Shown here one piece after another: positions 47,622 through 53,064 of a DNA stretch of 53,064 nucleotides. Position 1 is the stretch's first letter, and each line of letters opens with the position of its first letter. The notes under the pieces are model-generated. The model was given only the letters and a program-made list of their open reading frames with translations, was not told where the DNA came from and searched no databases. The position numbers and the translations under genes were made by a program. The DNA is taken from NCBI GenBank assembly GCA_964342845.1, contig CAYFGV010000002.1:1-53064 (forward strand), in the 5' to 3' direction. The DNA comes from Candidatus Woesearchaeota archaeon. Its GTDB lineage: Archaea; Nanobdellota; Nanobdellia; SCGC-AAA011-G17; CAYFGV01.

Positions 47622-48707
47622 ATGATATATAAAAGACTAATCAAGTCCATCTTATTCAAGACAAACCCAGAAAAAATACACAACTTAGCACTAATTATGG
47701 GCACAATTCTAAGTAAATCAAAAGTTATAAGATATTTCTTAAAAAAATCATTTCTATACAAAAATAAAACACTAGAACAAGAAATTCTAAAAATTAGATT
47801 CAGGAATCCAGTTGGTTTAGCTGCTGGTTTTGATAAAGATGCAAAATTAATAGAATTATTACCTTCTTTAGGATTTGGATTTACAGAAGTTGGTTCAATC
47901 ACTAACAAACCATGTCAAGGAAACCCAAAACCAAGATTATTCAGACTACCTAAGGAAAAGTCAATAATTATAAACTACGGATTATGCAACCAAGGTGCGG
48001 AAATACTTCACACTAAATTAAAAAACAAAGACTTAGAAATCCCTTTAGGAATAAACATTGCTAGAACAAATTCTCAGATGAGTAAAGAACAAGCAATAGA
48101 TGACTTTGTTTCAGGTTTCCAAAAATTAAAAGACTTAGGAGACTATCTTGTTATTAATGCAAGTTGCCCAAATACGTTTGATGATATAGATTTTTGTGAA
48201 ATAAACACATTAAAAACACTCTTAAAAGAAATAAACAAAGAAAATATATCCAAACCAGTCTTCCTTAAAATAAAACCAGATTTAACTCTAGATCACGTAG
48301 ATAAAATATTAGAAATTTCAAATGAATATCACTTCATAAAAGGGTTCATAATAAGCAATTTAACAAAAGATAGAACCAACTTAAAAACACCAAAAAAAGA
48401 AATAGATGCTATCTCTCTTAAAGGCGGACTAAGCGGACCACCTGTTAAAGAAAAATCAAATAAATTAATCAAATATGTATACAAAAAAACAAAAGGAAAA
48501 TATACCATCGTAGGTTGTGGAGGAATTTTCAATGCCGAGGATGCATATCAAAAAATCAAAGCAGGAGCTTCTTTAGTACAACTAATCACAGGCATGATAT
48601 ATGAAGGGCCTTCTTTAATTAAAAAAATCAATAAAGACTTAACTAAACTCTTAGAAAAAGATAACTACACAAACATTAAGCAAGCAATAGGGGTAGACAT
48701 AAAATGA
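47622..48707 (+). CDS. pyrD: dihydroorotate dehydrogenase (class 2, quinone-type architecture)
   Basis: PEKIH N-terminal extension, GLAAGFDK, GNPKPRLFRL, NASCPN, GGLSG, GASLVQ. Confidence 0.93.
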   Translation: MIYKRLIKSILFKTNPEKIHNLALIMGTILSKSKVIRYFLKKSFLYKNKTLEQEILKIRFRNPVGLAAGFDKDAKLIELLPSLGFGFTEVGSITNKPCQGNPKPRLFRLPKEKSIIINYGLCNQGAEILHTKLKNKDLEIPLGINIARTNSQMSKEQAIDDFVSGFQKLKDLGDYLVINASCPNTFDDIDFCEINTLKTLLKEINKENISKPVFLKIKPDLTLDHVDKILEISNEYHFIKGFIISNLTKDRTNLKTPKKEIDAISLKGGLSGPPVKEKSNKLIKYVYKKTKGKYTIVGCGGIFNAEDAYQKIKAGASLVQLITGMIYEGPSLIKKINKDLTKLLEKDNYTNIKQAIGVDIK

Positions 48708-49309
48708 ATAGATCAATTAAATATAATTTATATTCTCTCTTTTACAATATACTAGAATTTCCATTAGAAAAATTACTTTTTAGTAAGTGGAGAAAAATAT
48801 ATATTCCTAATCTAAAAGGAAAAGTTTTAGAAATCGGAGTTGGTACAGGTAAAAACCTAAAATACTATTCTAATAATGTTGAACTAACTGCAATAGATAT
48901 TAACCAAGGAATGCTAAATAAAGCAATTAAAGAATCTAAAAGAAATTATAAATTATTGCAAATGGATGCTCAGGACTTAAAGTTCAAAGAAAACACTTTC
49001 GATTATGTTTTATGTACTTTTGTCTTATGTTCTGTTCCAAACCCAGTAAAAACATTAAAAGAAATGAAAAGAGTTTTAAAACCAAAAGGTGAAATAATAA
49101 TGCTAGAACACGTTCTAAGTAAAAATAAATTAATTAGATTATACCAAGATATCCATAACCCATTCACAAAATTCTTATTCAGTTGTAACGTAAATAGAAA
49201 TACTATTGAAAACATTAAAAAAGCTAACTTAAAAATAAAAACAGAAAAAAACCTAGCATTAAAAGACGTTTTTAAATTTATAATTTGTAAGAAAAACCAA
49301 AAATATTAA
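48704..49309 (+). CDS. class I SAM-dependent methyltransferase
   Basis: VLEIGVGTG, MDAQ, FVLCSVP, RVLKP. Confidence 0.92.
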   Translation: MNRSIKYNLYSLFYNILEFPLEKLLFSKWRKIYIPNLKGKVLEIGVGTGKNLKYYSNNVELTAIDINQGMLNKAIKESKRNYKLLQMDAQDLKFKENTFDYVLCTFVLCSVPNPVKTLKEMKRVLKPKGEIIMLEHVLSKNKLIRLYQDIHNPFTKFLFSCNVNRNTIENIKKANLKIKTEKNLALKDVFKFIICKKNQKY

Positions 49310-49333
49310 AAAGAGGAACATTATTTTAATACA

Positions 49334-49663
49334 ATGACAAAAAAAATCTTTTTATTACTCGTACCCTTTTTACTAGTTTTATCTGGATGCTCTAGTAGTG
49401 GAGATTACGATGAATTTGCACAATGTTTAACAGAAAACAACATTAAAATGTATGGTACAGAATGGTGCTCACATTGTCAAAATCAAAAAGCAGAATTCGG
49501 AGATTCTTTCCAGTATGTAGATTATGTAGATTGTGATCAAAGTCAAGATCAATGCTTGTCTGCAGGAATTGAAGGTTATCCTACATGGGTTATATCTGGA
49601 GAAAAATATCCAGGAGAACAATCGCTATCTTATCTATCTTCTCTAAGTGGATGTGAAATCTAA
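49334..49663 (+). CDS. thioredoxin/glutaredoxin-like lipoprotein
   Basis: LSGC lipobox, MYG..WCSHC..QK..FG, GYPTW. Confidence 0.88.
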   Translation: MTKKIFLLLVPFLLVLSGCSSSGDYDEFAQCLTENNIKMYGTEWCSHCQNQKAEFGDSFQYVDYVDCDQSQDQCLSAGIEGYPTWVISGEKYPGEQSLSYLSSLSGCEI

Positions 49664-49709
49664 AGGTGTAATCAAAACTATTAAAAACACATAAATTCCA
49701 CATTATCAA

Positions 49710-50252
49710 ATGGATCCTATATATTCAAGTAATTTCATAACAGAAACCTCAATAAAATTAATAGGATCTATAACAATACTTCTATTAGGATTAGTAATAG
49801 GAAGATTTCTAAGCAAATTAACAGCTAAAATAGTTAAAGAAATAGAATTAAATAAAATAATTAAAGGAACTACAGCTTTTAAACTACCATTAGAACAAAT
49901 ATTAAGTTCAACTATAAGATATGTTATTTATTTTATATCATTAATTTTAGCATTAAATTATCTAAACCTAACTAAAACAATATTCTACATAGTCTTAGCC
50001 CTAATATTAGCAACCTTAATAGCTTTCATAATAGTTTCAATAAAAGATTTCATCCCAAACATAATCTCAGGAATTATTTTAAATAAAAAGAGGTCTTTAA
50101 AAATAGGGGATAAAATAGAAGTTCAAAACACAAAAGGAAAAATATTAGAAATAAACCTAGTAGAAACAAAAATAGAAACATCTGAAAAAGATATTATCTG
50201 GATACCTAATTCTATCTTATTGAAAAATATGGTAAAAAAAATAAAAAACTAA
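49710..50252 (+). CDS. small mechanosensitive channel (MscS family, short)
   Basis: Three TMs, KDFIPNIISG, KIGDKIEV...G, IPNS. Confidence 0.85.
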   Translation: MDPIYSSNFITETSIKLIGSITILLLGLVIGRFLSKLTAKIVKEIELNKIIKGTTAFKLPLEQILSSTIRYVIYFISLILALNYLNLTKTIFYIVLALILATLIAFIIVSIKDFIPNIISGIILNKKRSLKIGDKIEVQNTKGKILEINLVETKIETSEKDIIWIPNSILLKNMVKKIKN

Positions 50253-50491
50253 TGTAGTTTTTTCTTTATCAGATCCTCAACAACAGTACTCATCTTATAA
50301 CCATTCTTTTTACAGTATTTCCTAAATTTATTTAAGACAGATTCATCTATTGTAAAGTTTACTCTTTCTTTATAACTAACTTTTCTTAATTTTCCAGTCC
50401 TATCTAACTCTTCTAAAGCCTCTAAATAAGCCTTATTTTCCTTAACTAATTTTCTTATCCTGTTTAGTTCTTTTGGATCCGTTGTACATAT
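50249..50491 (-). pseudogene. ribbon-helix-helix protein frame lacking an in-frame canonical start
   Basis: 80-codon frame ...KERVNFTIDESVLNKFRKYCKKNGYKMSTVVEDLI; ATG at 50489 is one base out of frame; in-frame ATA at 50491. Confidence 0.6.
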
Positions 50492-50573
50492 TTATACTTA
50501 TTAGTGTGTATAAAACTTTCGGTTTTCTAAGGAAAAATACTTAAATAACCTAAATACTATTTTATCAGCGAAT

Positions 50574-50657
50574 GCGGGAGTGCCGGAGTGGTCAAACGGA
50601 GTGGCCTCAAAAGCCATTGGCTTAGTGCCTACGCAGGTTCGAGTCCTGTCTCCCGCA
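50574..50657 (+). tRNA. tRNA-Leu (CAA)
   Basis: GCGGGAG/CTCCCGC acceptor, GTGGC-CT-CAA-AA-GCCAT, long variable arm, TTCGAGT. Confidence 0.96.
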
Positions 50658-50759
50658 TAATTTTAAACTAAATCTATAGTTCTTAAAAAAATCACATGGT
50701 TTCGAAAGCTACTATATGGTAACCAAAAAGTTTATAAAGTATAAATAACAACTATTATC

Positions 50760-51326
50760 ATGACAAAAAAACTAAAAATAACAGAACTAAACGAAGCATA
50801 CCAAAAAGTAATAAATTGGTTTTTCGCCTTCTCAACCAAAGAAATTGGACTTTCTGACCTTGCAGAGGCAGTAAATATCTCTAAAACAACTGCCAACAAG
50901 GTAGTTAATCAACTAGTTCAAGAAGGATTTCTCAACTTAGAAGTATTAGGAAAAATATGGAGAATCTCTTGTAATCAAAAACACCAATACAACACCACAA
51001 GAAAAATAGCTTTCAACTTAACAAAAGTATACGAATCTAGAATTATCGAAAAAATACATAAAACAATAAAAAACCCAAAAGCAATAATCTTATTTGGAAG
51101 TTATAGGAAAGGAGATGATACAGAAGAAAGTGACATAGATATTGCGATTGAAGTATTTGATAATAAAGACCTAAAAATCACTGAATTAGAAATTCCCAAA
51201 CTAGGTTACAGAAAAAATATTAAGATAAATCTTCATATATTTTCAAGAAACAAAATAGATTTAAATCTGTTCTCTAATATAGCAAATGGAATAATATTAG
51301 AAGGATTCTTGGAGGTAAAACCTTGA
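50760..51326 (+). CDS. wHTH + minimal nucleotidyltransferase (MNT antitoxin-like)
   Basis: N-terminal HTH; LFGSYRKG....SDIDIA. Confidence 0.88.
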   Translation: MTKKLKITELNEAYQKVINWFFAFSTKEIGLSDLAEAVNISKTTANKVVNQLVQEGFLNLEVLGKIWRISCNQKHQYNTTRKIAFNLTKVYESRIIEKIHKTIKNPKAIILFGSYRKGDDTEESDIDIAIEVFDNKDLKITELEIPKLGYRKNIKINLHIFSRNKIDLNLFSNIANGIILEGFLEVKP

Positions 51327-51715
51327 GATATAAAAGACCAGACAATAAGAATGCATTAAGCATAATAGAAGCAGCAAAAAGAGATATGAAGTTCACACTA
51401 TCAATAAAACCAACAGAAGAATCTAACCCAACAATAGTAAGAAATGTTTATGAATCTTTTAGAATGCTTGGAGACGCATTACTAGTTATAAAAGGGATAA
51501 AATCAGAAGATCATATTGCTCCAATCAAAGAACTATTAAAAATAAAGGTTGAAACCAGAAGACCAATAGGCGTAATAGATAATTTAAGAAGATTAAGACA
51601 TAATATTAATTATTATGGATATAAACCAAATTTAATTGAGGTAAAAGACACAATCTCTATAGCTGAAACATGTTTTGAACCAATCTATAAAGAAATATTA
51701 AAAAAAATAAAATGA
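51323..51715 (+). CDS. HEPN-like protein (MNT-HEPN pair)
   Basis: YESFR...ALL..KG..S.DH, LRRLRHNINYYG; overlaps MNT stop. Confidence 0.75.
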   Translation: MRYKRPDNKNALSIIEAAKRDMKFTLSIKPTEESNPTIVRNVYESFRMLGDALLVIKGIKSEDHIAPIKELLKIKVETRRPIGVIDNLRRLRHNINYYGYKPNLIEVKDTISIAETCFEPIYKEILKKIK

Positions 51716-51816
51716 CAACCAAAGAAAATCTTTTAATTTCTTTAATCAAGGGATTAGAAGATATTAAATCTGGAAAAATAAAACCTTGGAAAAAGTTCAT
51801 AGAATTTCAAAAATAA
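51712..51816 (+). CDS. 34-aa antitoxin-like mini-protein (not in ORF track)
   Basis: MTTKENLLISLIKGLEDIKSGKIKPWKKFIEFQK; ATGA overlap with HEPN stop. Confidence 0.5.
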   Translation: MTTKENLLISLIKGLEDIKSGKIKPWKKFIEFQK

Positions 51817-51823
51817 TTCTTAA

Positions 51824-52051
51824 TCACAAATACTTCAAAAACTCTTCTCTAGAAATTCCTAAATCTTTTTTAATTATCTTAAGCAACAAACCCCTATCTA
51901 ACTTTTCTCCTGAATGATCTGGAACCACAGTTGTCCTTCCGTCAGGATGTCTAAAAAACACATGGCTTCCATCTTGCCTCATCTTTTCAAAACCCAATTT
52001 TTTCATAACCTTAAAAACCTTTTTTGCTGGTAGTAATGGAAGTTTTGACAT
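51824..52051 (-). CDS. hicA: HicA toxin
   Basis: LGF...RQDGSH..F.HPDGR.TVVP.H. Confidence 0.92.
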   Translation of the reverse strand: MSKLPLLPAKKVFKVMKKLGFEKMRQDGSHVFFRHPDGRTTVVPDHSGEKLDRGLLLKIIKKDLGISREEFLKYL

Positions 52052-52053
52052 TC

Positions 52054-52263
52054 TTAAACTATTATTTTTTGCAAACCAATAAACCTTTCAGCAACTTTAA
52101 CCGGTTTTTCTTGACATTTAAGAAATAATAAAATAGCTTCTTTAGTTCTCTTAATAAGTTCATCAAAAGACTTTGCTTGTGTATGACATCCTGGAAGTTC
52201 AACTACTTCAGATATTAAATATCCATCTTCCCCTTGTTCTATAATTACATTATATTCTCCCAT
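52054..52263 (-). CDS. hicB: HicB antitoxin (short form)
   Basis: YNVIIEQGEDGY...V.ELPGCHTQA....E......EAI. Confidence 0.92.
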   Translation of the reverse strand: MGEYNVIIEQGEDGYLISEVVELPGCHTQAKSFDELIKRTKEAILLFLKCQEKPVKVAERFIGLQKIIV

Positions 52264-52361
52264 AAACTCAAAATAAGTTGTTTTCCTATATAAATCTTCC
52301 TATCTCTCTTTTTGGGGCCAAAACACAAAAATATTTAAGCCACAAATCTTCAAAATATCCA

Positions 52362-53064
52362 ATGAAAATCAAAAAAATCTTAATAAAAGACAACAAAAAA
52401 TTCTACTGGTCTAAAGGAGACCTACACACAGAATTTGGAGTAGTAAAAGAAAAGAAATTAGAAAAATCAATAGTAAAAACACATCTAAACAAAGAACTTG
52501 AAGTACTAGAAGCTTCTTTCTTAGATAACTTAGAAAAAATAAAAAGAGGCCCAGCTATCATCTTAAAAAAAGACATTGGATTTATCCTAACAAATACAGA
52601 TATTAGCAAAAATTCTATAATCCTAGAAGCAGGCACAGGCTCAGCTCATTTAACCATTCATTTATCAAGATTCTGTAAAAAAATATATTCTTATGAAAAA
52701 AATAAAAACTTCCATGAAATAGCTAAAAAAAACATAGAATCTTTTGAAGTTAAAAATATAACTTTAAAAAATGAATCAATAGAAAATTCAAAAGAAAAAA
52801 ACATAGATATTGCTATTTTAGACCTACCAAACCCAGAAGAAATTATTCCAAAAATAGAAAAAACTTTAAAAAATTCAGCTTACTTAGTTACATATCTTCC
52901 AACTACAAACCAATTAATAAGATTATTAGAAAACATAAAAGGATTCATCCACATAAAAACCTCAGAAATTATAGAAAGAGAATGGCAAACTTTTGAAAAC
53001 AGAGTAAGACCTAAATCTCAAATGATTGCTCACACAGCTTTTTTAAGTGTTTTTAGAAAAATAG
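52362..53064 (+). CDS. trmI: tRNA (adenine-N1)-methyltransferase TrmI, runs off window end (not in ORF track)
   Basis: KRGPAII..KD, LEAGTGS..LT, LDLPNP, RP...MIAHTAFL. Confidence 0.9.
   Translation, partial: MKIKKILIKDNKKFYWSKGDLHTEFGVVKEKKLEKSIVKTHLNKELEVLEASFLDNLEKIKRGPAIILKKDIGFILTNTDISKNSIILEAGTGSAHLTIHLSRFCKKIYSYEKNKNFHEIAKKNIESFEVKNITLKNESIENSKEKNIDIAILDLPNPEEIIPKIEKTLKNSAYLVTYLPTTNQLIRLLENIKGFIHIKTSEIIEREWQTFENRVRPKSQMIAHTAFLSVFRKI

Noticed and set aside
21630..50657. Near-identical tRNA-Leu copies as possible attL/attR of a 29-kb element
   Set aside because: Both are complete isoacceptors with different anticodon arms; the interval holds core genes and no integrase
1..53064. CRISPR array, cas genes, transposases, integrases, reverse transcriptase
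   Set aside because: No regularly spaced repeats and no recognisable motifs found by eye

Overview
AT-rich archaeal chromosome segment, most consistent with a DPANN archaeon of the Woesearchaeota/Pacearchaeota type (inferred from gene content and style). One 100-N scaffold gap lies at 26178-26277. Core genes: rps24e-rps27ae, FtsZ2-like ftsZ, tfe, rtcA, DUF106-rpl34e, and the rpl21e-rpoF-DUF655-rps13-rps4-rps11-rpoD-tRNA-Leu-rpl18e-rpl13-rps9-rpoN cluster. Also present: rnp4, pth2, rlmE, a DRG GTPase, elp3, ttuA/thiI, nth and trmI. RNA genes: a stand-alone 5S rRNA cut by the gap, two tRNA-Leu and an intron-containing tRNA-Val. Accessory content: a copper cluster, several toxin-antitoxin modules, a minimal RHS protein, surface proteins and many orphan genes. 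The most notable unexplained signals are: (1) Xer/dif-like 11-6-11 sites bracketing small accessory genes next to tRNA-Val, a pdif-module-like layout; (2) an operon of lipoprotein, secreted protein with an apparent 8-stranded outer-membrane-type beta-barrel, and Ig-repeat adhesin; (3) two membrane-tethered wHTH regulators whose neighbouring promoters share an AGTTTCATA-N6-TATA box; (4) an extended promoter motif shared by orphan genes; (5) structured UTRs around ftsZ. No CRISPR array, integrase or transposase is visible. All family calls come from motif recognition, not database searches.
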